Part shown: piece by piece, positions 37,008-47,163 of the stretch
Numbering within the stretch: the first letter of the stretch is position 1
Layout: each line of letters starts with the position of its first letter
From: a virus
Lineage: Duplodnaviria; Caudoviricetes
Length of the DNA stretch: 64,000 bases
Direction: 5' to 3' (one strand)
Virus record (IMG/VR): IMGVR_UViG_3300010371_000003
Coordinates: 946 to 64,945 of that record
Program-made: the position numbers and the translations under genes
The notes under the pieces: model-generated
What the model was told of the DNA's origin: nothing
What the model saw: only the letters and a program-made list of their open reading frames with translations
The model's database searches: none

Positions 37008-38137
37008 CAGAAAGGACTCCAGAGAAGTTGCGACGCCAGGCTGCCGCCGGCGACTGGCACGTGTCCTGAGGCCAGGGTGAGATCAGCGGGCGTGCCGTTC
37101 AGGGTCTTGCCTGTGAAATCGACGGCGCCCTGGTCCATGACGGCCTGGTTCAGGGCAGAGAGCGCCAGCAGGCCACCGATCTGATTTCCTGCCAGCGCGC
37201 GCGCCCACGCAGCATCGGCTGCGGCCTGGGCGCCCGACAGCTGGTCCGGGGCCCACGAGGCCGGATAGAGCACCGTCCCGGCCGCGTTGACCGTCGTCGT
37301 CACTGCAGCCACAGCGGTCACGTCGTCGAAGGTCCTGGCGTTCACGTAGTTTTGGACCGTGGTCACCTCGCCCGAGGGTATGCCGCCGGTGTTGTTCGCC
37401 AGGACGAGAATGGCCCCGCCGGGGGTCGCCGGGTCGGCGTAGATGCGGACCCGCGTTGTCGACGTGCCTGCAGCGAGTGACCACTTTTGCAGGCGATCTT
37501 GGGTCCCCGGGGCGGCGTCGAGATCTTCGAAACGCCCGTCCATGCGAGCCTTGTAGGCGGTATCGGACTCGGCGTCCGAACCGAACTGGCCGGCGCCGCC
37601 GACGACCTTGATCGCTGCGGACTGGACGGTGACCCCAGGAAGCGGCGACACCAGCGTCGCGACAAGTCCACGGGCCGCGCCCAGGCTGGTCGCGCCGACG
37701 TCGATCGTCAACGTCGATCCACTGGGCAGCGTCCCGCCGGCCAGGCCCTGATAAATCGATCCGTCGGTTGCCTTGTAGAGGCGTCCGGCGGCTATCGGAT
37801 ACGGCCCCTCGTCCGCCGTGCACGCGAGAGTGATGGTCTGGGTCGCGGCGGTCGGTGCGCCACGATCGAGCCCGAATTGTCCTCGCCCGACGACCGACAG
37901 CGACGGGCCGGACGTGTCCGGGTAGCCGTTCCCGATGATCCCGGGGATCACGTTGGCGACGAGGTCCTGCATGATGTACGCCTCCAGCTCGTACATCGTC
38001 CGCAGGACCGCGCCCGAGTGCCAATCCGTGACGGGGTTCTCGTCGACGGCGATGAACGGCAGCAGGAGGCGGCGGACGTCGTCGATGCTCGGCGGCGTCC
38101 AGATCTCCGAGATGTCGATCGCCGGCAGCGTGGTCAT
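37007..38137 (-). CDS. Baseplate J-like protein
   Basis: GSDAESDTAYKARM motif; position. Confidence 0.8.
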   Translation of the reverse strand: MTTLPAIDISEIWTPPSIDDVRRLLLPFIAVDENPVTDWHSGAVLRTMYELEAYIMQDLVANVIPGIIGNGYPDTSGPSLSVVGRGQFGLDRGAPTAATQTITLACTADEGPYPIAAGRLYKATDGSIYQGLAGGTLPSGSTLTIDVGATSLGAARGLVATLVSPLPGVTVQSAAIKVVGGAGQFGSDAESDTAYKARMDGRFEDLDAAPGTQDRLQKWSLAAGTSTTRVRIYADPATPGGAILVLANNTGGIPSGEVTTVQNYVNARTFDDVTAVAAVTTTVNAAGTVLYPASWAPDQLSGAQAAADAAWARALAGNQIGGLLALSALNQAVMDQGAVDFTGKTLNGTPADLTLASGHVPVAGGSLASQLLWSPF

Positions 38138-39660
38138 GTCGGGATCCAGCCGATCGTGTTCGCGATGGTCTGCCCGGCCGCCATCACCGCGACCTCGTTC
38201 TTGGCGAGCACGAGGTCAGAGGTCAACGACGGCGCGCGATCGGCGATTTGGATGCTGACGGCGTCTTCGACGCCGTTGTCGCTGAGGATGTCCTCGAGGA
38301 CGGCGGCGCGCACCACGGCGCCCTTCTGGCCCCCGATCGGGATGCTCCGCAGATAGGCGTCCCAGCCCTTTGCCGAACCGGCCTGGGCGGCGGCGATCTT
38401 CGCGCGAGGAACGTACGCCAGACCGAGCGGAAACACCTCGTGTCGTATTGCGCTCGACACCTGCACAGTCTCCTGCAGCGAGGTGAAGCCCGGTGCGGCG
38501 GCGACACCTTGATAGCCCAGCAGGCGGGCTGAGATGAAATCCTCGACGGCCACCAGCGCCTGGGGCGAGGCGGGGCCGCTCGAGCTCGCGATGGTCACCA
38601 GGATGCCACCCGGGATATTGGGGTCCGCCTCGCTCCAGACCCGCTCCACCTCCTGCGACGCCTGATGCGTCCAGAGCGCGATCTTGTCCTCCGTCGGAAC
38701 GTCCGAGAGCGCCCGCCAGCGGTAAGAGCAGCGTGTGCCGAACGCGACAGGGGTCTCCGCGTCCGCCCCCCTCTGCAGGAGCGCGTCGCCCAGGAAGGTC
38801 GTGAAGATGTCGCCGGTCAGAAAGCTCGGAGCCGCGCCGGCAGTGAACCTCAGCGTCACGCCGCCGGGCACGACGATCGTCGGCTGGATTGTCCCACCAT
38901 TCACCCACGTCGCGCCGCCGTCGGTCGAGAGCTGGTAATACGCGAACCCGATCTGGCCGCCGCGCGTGATTCGCACCCGCACAGACGCGAAGGTTGGCCG
39001 GACGCCGGGCGTCGTAAAGCTGGCGGCCATGCCGCCCGAGCTCCCGAGCGCGGAGCGGGCTGCCGTGAAGTCCGCGGGCGCGACGTTCGTGCACACCACG
39101 CCGGCGCGCGCCGTGACCATCGTGGTCACGGTCCCGGCCGGATCGTCGTAGGAGGACCCGGGCTTCTCGGCCTGGCACGGGAGATCGAGCGTCCCTCCGG
39201 GCTGGAGCTGGCCGCCCTCGACGTTCGTGTAGAGGTTGCCCGTCGCGTCCGCGCGGACGGTCAGCTCTCCGGGCGCAAACGTGTAGCTCGACGGCGTGCC
39301 GATCGTCGAGAACCGCATGTTCTGGATGGTGTAGGTGGCGTCCCGCATCGGGAGCTTGTAGAAGTCGCGCCCCAGCTTCTTGAGCAGGAGCGTCGCGACG
39401 GCAGGGGTCGTCTCGGCGGCGGCGGCCGCCACCGCGGTGGGCAGAAGCCTGCCCGTCACCGCCTGAGCGATGCGCTGTGCCGCCAGCGCGGCCATGCCGT
39501 TCGCCACCATGTCCAGGCGGAGGTTCTCGACGCCGCCTGTCGACGACGGCGCCCAACTGCTTACCGGAACGCCGGCCGCGGTCAGTCGGTCCACCAGCCG
39601 CTGGCGAATGGTTGCGACCGTCTCGGCCGTGCGCAGGTCGGCAAAGGTGTAGGTGGGCAT
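38134..39660 (-). CDS. Second baseplate J-like protein with inserted beta domain
   Basis: CQAEKPGSSY...GADAETP; parallel layout to neighbour. Confidence 0.75.
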   Translation of the reverse strand: MPTYTFADLRTAETVATIRQRLVDRLTAAGVPVSSWAPSSTGGVENLRLDMVANGMAALAAQRIAQAVTGRLLPTAVAAAAAETTPAVATLLLKKLGRDFYKLPMRDATYTIQNMRFSTIGTPSSYTFAPGELTVRADATGNLYTNVEGGQLQPGGTLDLPCQAEKPGSSYDDPAGTVTTMVTARAGVVCTNVAPADFTAARSALGSSGGMAASFTTPGVRPTFASVRVRITRGGQIGFAYYQLSTDGGATWVNGGTIQPTIVVPGGVTLRFTAGAAPSFLTGDIFTTFLGDALLQRGADAETPVAFGTRCSYRWRALSDVPTEDKIALWTHQASQEVERVWSEADPNIPGGILVTIASSSGPASPQALVAVEDFISARLLGYQGVAAAPGFTSLQETVQVSSAIRHEVFPLGLAYVPRAKIAAAQAGSAKGWDAYLRSIPIGGQKGAVVRAAVLEDILSDNGVEDAVSIQIADRAPSLTSDLVLAKNEVAVMAAGQTIANTIGWIPT

Positions 39661-40568
39661 CAGTTGCTCTGGATCGTGAGGGTGATGTCACGCATCCGGG
39701 CGGCGACGCCGGCACCAGGGGAAGTGACCGTCATGATCGCGCGGCTGTACCCGCCGGGGTTGGTGATGATCGCGCTGTCGTGGATGTCGGTGTACGACGA
39801 GGACGCCGCGGTCAGGGTGCAGACGGCTGTTCCGTCGATCCCCCCGTCGCCGCCTCCCACGCGCAGGATGAATTGAGCGCTTCCCGAGTCGCACATACCG
39901 GCTCCCGCGACTTCGACCGTCAACGAACTTCCCAGCGCGCCCCAGTTGATCACCAGCTGGGTCTGGAGCTGTGGTGTCTCTGTACCGCTCGAGTCCTCCA
40001 CCGGCTGCAGGCCAAAGCTTCTGGACGGGTTCGATGTGCCTGGCGGTCCGGGCGGCCCAGGCGTGCTGCCGCCAGAGCCGGTGACGATGATGATCCCACC
40101 CGTCCCGACGACCGGCGCCCCGGTGACGGACACCGGCTCCGGTAGGGTCGTGCCGTTGACCGATAGGATGTCGACCGTGATGCTCGACGCGCGCAGGACC
40201 AGGGCAAACGGACCGGTCGCCGTGTCGTTATCGACGGCGATCAAGAGGCTCTCCGTCACGCTGTCGAAGGTGACCGTCGCGCGGGACCGCAAGGTCCGCG
40301 GATCGCTGACCTGCGTGGCCGCGATCTTTCCCTGGAGCGCAGAGACCTTAGCCTTGTCCATTCTCGAGCTGAGATAGCCGCGGATGTCGAAGCACCGGTA
40401 CGTCGGGTCGTAGAAGTCCATCGAGCCCTCGCGCTGCGTGAGATGGCGCGCGCTGGCCATGGCGTAGTTCAGGTCGTCACTGGCGAGACCCCAGACGGGC
40501 TGCAGGTCGTCCAGCAGCGCGACATCGGTGCCGAAGTCGGTGGCGTTCGGGTCGAAGGGGGTCGTCAT
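39660..40568 (-). CDS. Baseplate gp25/gp46-like protein with C-terminal extension
   Basis: DFGTD...RHLT..GS....Y..FDIRGYL...DPR...GPF.LVL. Confidence 0.7.
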   Translation of the reverse strand: MTTPFDPNATDFGTDVALLDDLQPVWGLASDDLNYAMASARHLTQREGSMDFYDPTYRCFDIRGYLSSRMDKAKVSALQGKIAATQVSDPRTLRSRATVTFDSVTESLLIAVDNDTATGPFALVLRASSITVDILSVNGTTLPEPVSVTGAPVVGTGGIIIVTGSGGSTPGPPGPPGTSNPSRSFGLQPVEDSSGTETPQLQTQLVINWGALGSSLTVEVAGAGMCDSGSAQFILRVGGGDGGIDGTAVCTLTAASSSYTDIHDSAIITNPGGYSRAIMTVTSPGAGVAARMRDITLTIQSN

Positions 40569-41755
40569 CAGCTGGTCACCGTGACGCTGCCGGACAGCAA
40601 CGTGGTCGGTTCAGGCGGAGCCGCCGACCCGCCCAGGCTGTTGATCGCGGCGGCGAGCGACGCGAGATAGGTCACCAAGCCAGTGCCGAGGGGCACCGGC
40701 TGCGGCAGCGCGCCGCCCCCGAGATGCAGGGCGGCTGGCGCCAGCTTGAGCGAAGCCACCGAGACATCCGCATCGAAGCAGACCGCGTAGGCCTTGGCCC
40801 GGTCGCCGCCGCGCCAGCCGACCAGGACGTTCCCTCCGGCCAATCCGTCCGTCGTCGCCCCAGGCAGCCCCAGCATCAGCGGGATCGCGCCCATGTCCGG
40901 CATCGACGTCAGCTCCGGCTCGACGTGGACCCTGGTCCCGATCTGCGCCACCACCCGCGCGAGGTACATCGCCCGGTAGTCCACCGGCGGGGGGCCCGCG
41001 CTGCGCACCGCACGCTCGAACGCCCCGGCCAGACGGTCCTCCATGGAGGCCTCGCCGGCGTCCGAGAACCACACGCGCATGCGAGGGCCGAGTCCGCCCT
41101 CGTCGCCGTCGATCGTGTGCACGACCAGGGACACGCGCTGGCCGTTGAACGTGGTGCCCGGCCGCAACGCTCCCGCCGCCTCTTCGTTGACGGTCGCCAG
41201 CCATGACCCGTCCTCGAAGCGCTGCTCCATCACCTGATACGAGTCGTCTTCGATTCCCGCGTCCGGCCACGTCTCGCGCCCGATCCAGACCGTTCCGTCC
41301 GGCAGCACGCGCCAGACAGCGCCGCCGCCCACGCTCTCGACCAGCGCCGATAGGATGGTCCCGATCGGCTCGGCCGAGGTGGTCCACGCCGGCAACACGG
41401 TCTGCAGGACGTCCTGGTCTGACGAGGGGGAGAGCGTCTCGCCGGCGGTGGCCAGCAAGCTGCTGACGACCAGCTGAAGGCTAACGCCGCTGTATTGGCG
41501 CTTCTCGGCGGCCTTGCCCATCCCTCCCGCGCCCAGCACGACGCGCGTGCGGTCGGTGTCCTCGAACTCGCCACCACGGTCGATCGCCCCGCGGAACTCG
41601 CGGTCGCCCACCTGGATGACGACCCGACCAGATCGTGGGGTGATGTCGTCGAACAGCACGTCGGCGGTTCCGACGCCAACGCGCGGCAGCCACAGCCGCA
41701 GGCTGATGATGTCGTCGCCGTCAGCCGTCGCGAGAGCCACGTCAGGAGACTCCAC
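40568..41755 (-). CDS. Baseplate hub fused to spike-like domain
   Basis: WRVLPDGTVWIG hub motif; VLVGWRGGD OB-fold-like segment. Confidence 0.7.
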   Translation of the reverse strand: MESPDVALATADGDDIISLRLWLPRVGVGTADVLFDDITPRSGRVVIQVGDREFRGAIDRGGEFEDTDRTRVVLGAGGMGKAAEKRQYSGVSLQLVVSSLLATAGETLSPSSDQDVLQTVLPAWTTSAEPIGTILSALVESVGGGAVWRVLPDGTVWIGRETWPDAGIEDDSYQVMEQRFEDGSWLATVNEEAAGALRPGTTFNGQRVSLVVHTIDGDEGGLGPRMRVWFSDAGEASMEDRLAGAFERAVRSAGPPPVDYRAMYLARVVAQIGTRVHVEPELTSMPDMGAIPLMLGLPGATTDGLAGGNVLVGWRGGDRAKAYAVCFDADVSVASLKLAPAALHLGGGALPQPVPLGTGLVTYLASLAAAINSLGGSAAPPEPTTLLSGSVTVTS

Positions 41756-42470
41756 CGGCCGGCGTGAAGAGCTGCGGCGCCAGGCTCATGTTGTCGGGGT
41801 TGTAGGACGGCGGCGGAAGCTGCGAGCTGTTCTGCGGGCGCGGGCCGTCGAAGTTCGGGTGGCGCTTGACGGGAGCCGGCTTCGGCGTGGCGGTCACGTT
41901 CTTGCTGCCGGGGTCTCGGTTCTCCAGGCACTTGATGTCGAACACCATCTCGCCCGGCTCTTTCCCGTCGTGCGGAAGACCCCACTGGGTGATCACCGCG
42001 TACCGGATGTTGAAGGCCTGCAGCTTCGGGTGGTCGACGGCGTGGGTGAACTGCGCGGGGTCGATGTTCTTGGTGCGCCCGATGTAGCGCGGATTCGAAA
42101 GCGGCTGGTTCCAGAGCGCGTCGATCATCTCCTGCATCAGGTCCCACTGCGACGGCGTCCAGATCGTGCAGGTGATGTCGAACTCGATCGGCTCGTAGCC
42201 CAGCAGCGTGGGCCTGTTGCCCTTCGAGCCGGGCGCCTTCTTGCTCTTGACCTTGCACTTCGGCAGGCCCTTCACGTCGCTGACCCCGGGCAGGCGGATG
42301 TCGTCGAACGAGAACACGTTCCACGGGTTGCCGTCGTAGTCGCGGCCGGTGAACCCGACCACCGTGCGGTCATCGTTGATGAGCGCGGTGGAGTCGGCGC
42401 CGACCCGCTTCTGCGCCAGGTCCGCGTCAGCGTTCGCGAGCACCCCGTCCCAAAAGATCACGCCCGCCAT
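41742..42470 (-). CDS. Tail tube initiator-like protein
   Basis: LPG...KKAPGSKG...GY...HP.L; follows tape measure. Confidence 0.6.
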   Translation of the reverse strand: MAGVIFWDGVLANADADLAQKRVGADSTALINDDRTVVGFTGRDYDGNPWNVFSFDDIRLPGVSDVKGLPKCKVKSKKAPGSKGNRPTLLGYEPIEFDITCTIWTPSQWDLMQEMIDALWNQPLSNPRYIGRTKNIDPAQFTHAVDHPKLQAFNIRYAVITQWGLPHDGKEPGEMVFDIKCLENRDPGSKNVTATPKPAPVKRHPNFDGPRPQNSSQLPPPSYNPDNMSLAPQLFTPAGGVS

Positions 42471-42472
42471 CT

Positions 42473-44347
42473 TCAGCCGCCCTTCCGCTTGGCGATGCGT
42501 TCCATGATGCGCAGGAACATCAGCTCGACCTCGTCCTCCATGCCGCGCGCGATCAGGCGCCCATGCTCGTAGCTATCGCCGCCGGCGGCGCCCTCCACCG
42601 TCACGTAGATGCCCTCGACCACGATCGACGGCGTCCCCCCGCCCCCACCGCCGCGCGCGGCCGCGCTGGCGAGGTCGAACGACTCGGCGACGTCCTCGAG
42701 GTCGCCTTGCCGGCCGGTGATGCCCTGGACGTAGCCGGCCATGTCCAGCTCGCCGATCTCCCGGAACAGCGCGGACGGCGAATGCTGCTCGTGCGCCGTT
42801 TTGAGGGCGTCGACCGTGGCGTCCGCGACCGTCGACATCGCGCGCACCGCGCCGGGAGCGCCCGCGAGAACGCCCTCGGAGTAGCCGGCCATGTCGTTCT
42901 GACCGGCCTGCTGGGTTTCCTTCCCGAACCGGAGCGCCCAGAAGTGCGGGTTGAAGACCCGATCCTCCAAGAACTGGTAGCCCGGAACGTGCGATGCCAG
43001 GAAGGCGCCCGTGCCCGACTGCGAGGGGAGCGCCCCGTCGCGCGCCATGATGTCCAAAGCCTTCTGGCTGCGGTCCTGGGAGCTGTGTAGGGGGTCGCCG
43101 AGGATCCCCAGCGGCGTGTACTTCATCGCCAGGTCCTTGGCCTCGCCGAGCCCCGTCTTCACCGTCGAGATGAAGTCGACGATGTCCTTGAACAGCTGCC
43201 AGGCCTCCTTTACGGCGGGCACGAAGTCGTCGCGGACGAAGGCGCTGGCGCTCCGGACGTCCTCCGGCAGCTCCTTGATGAAGCCAGCGACGTCGCCGAC
43301 CACCTCCTGCAGGTTGATCGTCGACAGCGTGTCGCCCAGGCCGGCGAAAGCTTCCTCGAGGGTGCCGGATAGGATCTGCCCGAGCGCGCTCTTCGGGTCG
43401 AGCGCCTCGCTGACCTGGGCGACGAAATCGCTCAGCTCGTGGTAGCCCGCGGTGTCCTTCATGTTCTCGAAGAACAGGTCGGGCCTCTCCTTCAAGTGGG
43501 CCCACCGCGCCAGCAGCGTGTCGGTCATGCCGGTGCCGACACCGCCCAGGTCGTCGCCGGTCTTGTTCGTGATCGTGTGATAGAGGCTGTTCAGCGTCGT
43601 CTCGATGGGGATCTTTCCGGCCTCCATCTCCTTCCGCATCGCCTTGAGACCCAGCCCCGTCTCGGCCGACAGCTCCTTCTCGAACTCGCCCTTTTGAATG
43701 CCAAATGGCATCAGCGCGCGCCCTTCGATGCGCCCGGTCGTCATGATCCGGCGCAGCGCTTCGACCGCCTCCATCCCGCCGGCGACCGGGTTCTCGGTCA
43801 TCGACGCGAGGTCGGCCGCGGCCGCGATCGCGTTCTTCAGGTTCTCGCCCTGGAACCCCGACTTGGCCAGCTCAAGCCCCATGCCCTTGATCTGGTCGTG
43901 GGTGAACTCGGTCTTGTCTGCGATGGCCTCGAAGTACTCGGATGCCTCCTTGCCGACCTCGGGCCCGAGAGCGTTCTGGAAGGCGCGCCCGAGACGTTCC
44001 TCCTTTGCCGCGGCGTCGAGGATCTCCTCCGTGAGCTCCTTGACCTTGTCGGCCAGCTGCTCCGGGAACTCGAGCAGCTTCTCGGTCCCCTCGCGGATGA
44101 ACTCGAACTCAGCGATCTCCTTCGCCTTGTGCAGGAAGGGCTCTAGCCCCTTGTGCAGCGCCTTGTCGAACGCGTCGCCGGCCTCCTCGGCCCCTTTGCC
44201 CGCGCGCCGCGCGCCCTCGTCCAGCCCCTTGAGTCCCTGGTGGCCTTTGCCCAACGAGACGTTCGCCTTGTCGAGCTTGCCGAGCAGATCGTCCAGGCCG
44301 GGCGTGTTCGCGTCGATCTGGAAGATGAACTGCATGCCGTCGGCCAC
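42473..44347 (-). CDS. Tail tape measure protein
   Basis: Helical, HSPS motif near C-terminus, follows chaperones. Confidence 0.88.
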   Translation of the reverse strand: MADGMQFIFQIDANTPGLDDLLGKLDKANVSLGKGHQGLKGLDEGARRAGKGAEEAGDAFDKALHKGLEPFLHKAKEIAEFEFIREGTEKLLEFPEQLADKVKELTEEILDAAAKEERLGRAFQNALGPEVGKEASEYFEAIADKTEFTHDQIKGMGLELAKSGFQGENLKNAIAAAADLASMTENPVAGGMEAVEALRRIMTTGRIEGRALMPFGIQKGEFEKELSAETGLGLKAMRKEMEAGKIPIETTLNSLYHTITNKTGDDLGGVGTGMTDTLLARWAHLKERPDLFFENMKDTAGYHELSDFVAQVSEALDPKSALGQILSGTLEEAFAGLGDTLSTINLQEVVGDVAGFIKELPEDVRSASAFVRDDFVPAVKEAWQLFKDIVDFISTVKTGLGEAKDLAMKYTPLGILGDPLHSSQDRSQKALDIMARDGALPSQSGTGAFLASHVPGYQFLEDRVFNPHFWALRFGKETQQAGQNDMAGYSEGVLAGAPGAVRAMSTVADATVDALKTAHEQHSPSALFREIGELDMAGYVQGITGRQGDLEDVAESFDLASAAARGGGGGGTPSIVVEGIYVTVEGAAGGDSYEHGRLIARGMEDEVELMFLRIMERIAKRKGG

Positions 44348-44359
44348 GCTGGTCTCTCC

Positions 44360-44940
44360 TCAGCGACGTGGCTTCAGGTAGGCCTTCGCGAGGCCGCGAA
44401 CGTGTTGGAAATGCTGGGCTTCGAGCATTGCACCGATCATCGCTACCTCGCCGTTGTCGCCGCGGCGGTAGGCCATGAGAGCCTCCGCCGCGACCACGAT
44501 GTCCGTCTCCGCGTGCGAGTCGCGGAGGCGGTTCAGACTTTTTCCCGAACCGTCCCCTTGATGGCGCCGGCCATCTCGGCGATCTCGCCGGCCCACACGT
44601 CGACGATGGCCGGGTACCGCTTCAAGGTCGCCGTCAGCTCCGGCCCCTTGGGGTAGATGACGCAGGTGTTCACGATGAGCCGGTTCGCGCTGGCGCGGTT
44701 GTTGGCGTCGACGTCCATCTGCTTGGCCTTGACCATCAGCCATTCGGCCGTGGTGGGCAGACGCGCCACGGCCACCACGAAGTCGCCTTCAGTGTTCACG
44801 GGGGTCCGTAAGCGCTCGAGGTGGGCATCCTGGTGCTCCGTCCGATAGGCGTCGATCGCCGCTTGGGCGGCTTTGAGGGCGGGATCGTCGGCGTCGGACT
44901 TCTGGGCGTCCGACGCCTCGGTCTGGGCGGGTGTGTTCAT
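44360..44940 (-). CDS. Tail assembly chaperones G (44533-44940) and GT via -1 frameshift
   Basis: CGG GAA AAA GTC TGA slippery site (44539-44546) with open -1 frame to 44360. Confidence 0.85.
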
Positions 44941-44947
44941 GCCGACC

Positions 44948-44978
44948 ATGATCTAGTGCCGGCTAGCCGGCCCCAACT
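44948..44978 (-). promoter_or_regulatory. Late promoter motif copy (chaperone/tape measure)
   Basis: AGTTGGGG-17-GATCAT-7-ATG. Confidence 0.75.
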
Positions 44979-44982
44979 CTGG

Positions 44983-45438
44983 TTACAGCGGGACGACGCC
45001 CGGATTCCCGTTCCAGAGGATCGGCACGATGATCGCGAGGTCGTGCTTCACCGTGATCCCGTCGGTGCTGTCGCTGCTGCCGCCGGTGCTGTTTTTCTTG
45101 AGCTTCGCCACCACGGTGTCCGTCTTCGCCGCCCCGAATGCAGGCTCCCAGTAGCTCACCAGCAGCGGGAAGACGACAGTCATGAAGCCCGGTCCCCCGA
45201 GCAGCTCGACGAACTCGTCGAACTGGTCCCGGTACAGCTCGATGTCACCGTCCGCCTGGTAGTTCCCGAGGGTGTAGCCGCGGGCCAGCGGCCCCTTGCC
45301 GCGCGGCATGCCCGGGTCGAGGTTGTCGCTGTAGTTGATGGCCTTGATCCCATCGAACGGCATGCCGGCGCCGGCGCCGATGCCGACCTCGATGGAGCTC
45401 CAGCTGTAGAGTCGCCCGTTGATGAACTGGTTCGCCAT
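44983..45438 (-). CDS. Tail tube protein
   Basis: INGRLYSWSSI...GIKAINY...G.Y.ADG; follows sheath. Confidence 0.85.
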   Translation of the reverse strand: MANQFINGRLYSWSSIEVGIGAGAGMPFDGIKAINYSDNLDPGMPRGKGPLARGYTLGNYQADGDIELYRDQFDEFVELLGGPGFMTVVFPLLVSYWEPAFGAAKTDTVVAKLKKNSTGGSSDSTDGITVKHDLAIIVPILWNGNPGVVPL

Positions 45439-45453
45439 GACCGCGTGTCTCCT

Positions 45454-47154
45454 TTAGGCCCCGGGGCTGACGAGCCCGACGGTGGCGACGATGTCCTTCG
45501 GGTACCCGAACGGAGTGACGCCCACCGAGACCGGGAACCGCCCGGTCTGGATGATTTTCTCCGTCGGGCTGACCTGCGAGCTGACCGCCTGCGCGTCGTC
45601 CGTGTTGACGACCGCCAGGCCGTTGTAGTGGTCGAGGTCCTTCTCGACCCTGTCGCGGTCCAGCGGATGGATGGTGCCGAGGGCCGGGCCCGGAGTCGGA
45701 TCCGTCCGGATCTTGCTGGACAGGATCCGCACCAGGCGCTGGTAGGTCACCGAGCACACCCGGTCGACGATGCGGCGGTACTGGATCAGGTTGAAGTCCG
45801 AGCCCGCCGGCGCCATCAGGTTGCCGTTCGTGATGAAGTAGCCGTCGACCCCCTTGAAGGTGGTCAGCGTCGTGAAGCGCTGCGCGTCGAGGCTGAACGT
45901 CGCAGACGCCTCGTCGCGGTACAGCGAGTGCACGTTCGGCAGCATCTCCGGCGGGTCGCCCACCTCGGCCGGGTCGGTCCCCGGGCCGATGGAGGCGAGT
46001 CGCGTCGCCACGGCCGTCGCGCAGTTGCGCCGGATCATGGTCGCGTCGAGCGCCGACTCGTGCTCGATGTCGCCGGCGCAGACCATCACACGCTCGGAGA
46101 AGAACGACGTGAAGGTGCTGGCCACCGTCTGATCGCTTTCGGTGCTGCCGCCCGGCGACCCGTTGGTCGGGCACTCGATGATCGCGAACACGTATCGGTA
46201 CTCGAGCTCGCACGCGGTCATCTGCGTGTCGACCACCGAGGCCAGGCTGGCGGCCGCGGCGCTGTTGGCGCCCATCCCGTGGACGACCAGGAAGCCCCAC
46301 TCGACCGGCTGCGCGCGCAGCGCGACGATCGCGTTGGTCACGTCGCTGGTCGAGAAGCCGGCGGTGACCGTCGACAGGGCGTAGACGTCATCCGCCGTGA
46401 AGGTGCCCGCGAAGGTCAGCACCACGCCGGTGCTCGGGATCGCGAACGCCCCCCCGCTGGGGATCAGGATGGAGGCCGACCAGTGCTCGCCGCCATCGAC
46501 GGAGTACTTGAACTGGCCCGCGCCGAGGGCGCCGGCCGTGGTGATCAGCACCTCGACCTTGTAGTCGTCAAGCGGGCTGGACACCTGGGTCACCCAGCCG
46601 ACGGTTCCCGTGCCGGTCAGGGTGATCACCCCCGCGGTCGAGATCGACCACACCGCGGCCGCGGTGTACGTCTGGGCGGCGAAGGTCACCGTCGTCAGCG
46701 TCCCCGGAATCAGCACGGAGTACGGGCCGCCGGCCACGGTGGTCTTCGCCGTCGACCAGGGCCCGCCGTTGACGCGGTAGGCGTAGGTCATCGTGCCCAG
46801 CGCGCCGGGCGTGACGATCTTCAGGTCGACCTGGTACTCGGGAGCCGAGGAGCCGGCCAGAGTGCCGGTACCGGTCACCTCGGAGATGTCGGTCGCCGAG
46901 ACGCTGCCCGCCACGGACGGCAGGATCGGAACGCCGTACTGGCCCTGCCCCGCGTTCGTGATCCGGTCAGCCAGGTTCTCGACGAGCGAGCCCTGCCCGA
47001 AGTCCTGCTGCAGGCTGTCCGTCGTTCCGAACGAGGACGCGACATTCGGCGTGCCGTTGCTGCAGACCCCGAGCGAGACGCAGACCTGCGCCGGCGACGG
47101 CGGCACCCGCTTCAGGCCGTTCCGGTTGATCTTGATGGTGACCGTCGGACGCAT
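45454..47154 (-). CDS. Tail sheath protein (DUF2586-like)
   Basis: LDAQRFTTL.TF.G..GYFITNGNLMAPAGSDFNLIQYRR. Confidence 0.88.
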   Translation of the reverse strand: MRPTVTIKINRNGLKRVPPSPAQVCVSLGVCSNGTPNVASSFGTTDSLQQDFGQGSLVENLADRITNAGQGQYGVPILPSVAGSVSATDISEVTGTGTLAGSSAPEYQVDLKIVTPGALGTMTYAYRVNGGPWSTAKTTVAGGPYSVLIPGTLTTVTFAAQTYTAAAVWSISTAGVITLTGTGTVGWVTQVSSPLDDYKVEVLITTAGALGAGQFKYSVDGGEHWSASILIPSGGAFAIPSTGVVLTFAGTFTADDVYALSTVTAGFSTSDVTNAIVALRAQPVEWGFLVVHGMGANSAAAASLASVVDTQMTACELEYRYVFAIIECPTNGSPGGSTESDQTVASTFTSFFSERVMVCAGDIEHESALDATMIRRNCATAVATRLASIGPGTDPAEVGDPPEMLPNVHSLYRDEASATFSLDAQRFTTLTTFKGVDGYFITNGNLMAPAGSDFNLIQYRRIVDRVCSVTYQRLVRILSSKIRTDPTPGPALGTIHPLDRDRVEKDLDHYNGLAVVNTDDAQAVSSQVSPTEKIIQTGRFPVSVGVTPFGYPKDIVATVGLVSPGA

Positions 47155-47163
47155 GGAGATCTC

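Noticed and set aside
35212-47154. Tailocin or extracellular contractile injection system
   Set aside because: Capsid, portal and terminase genes are present
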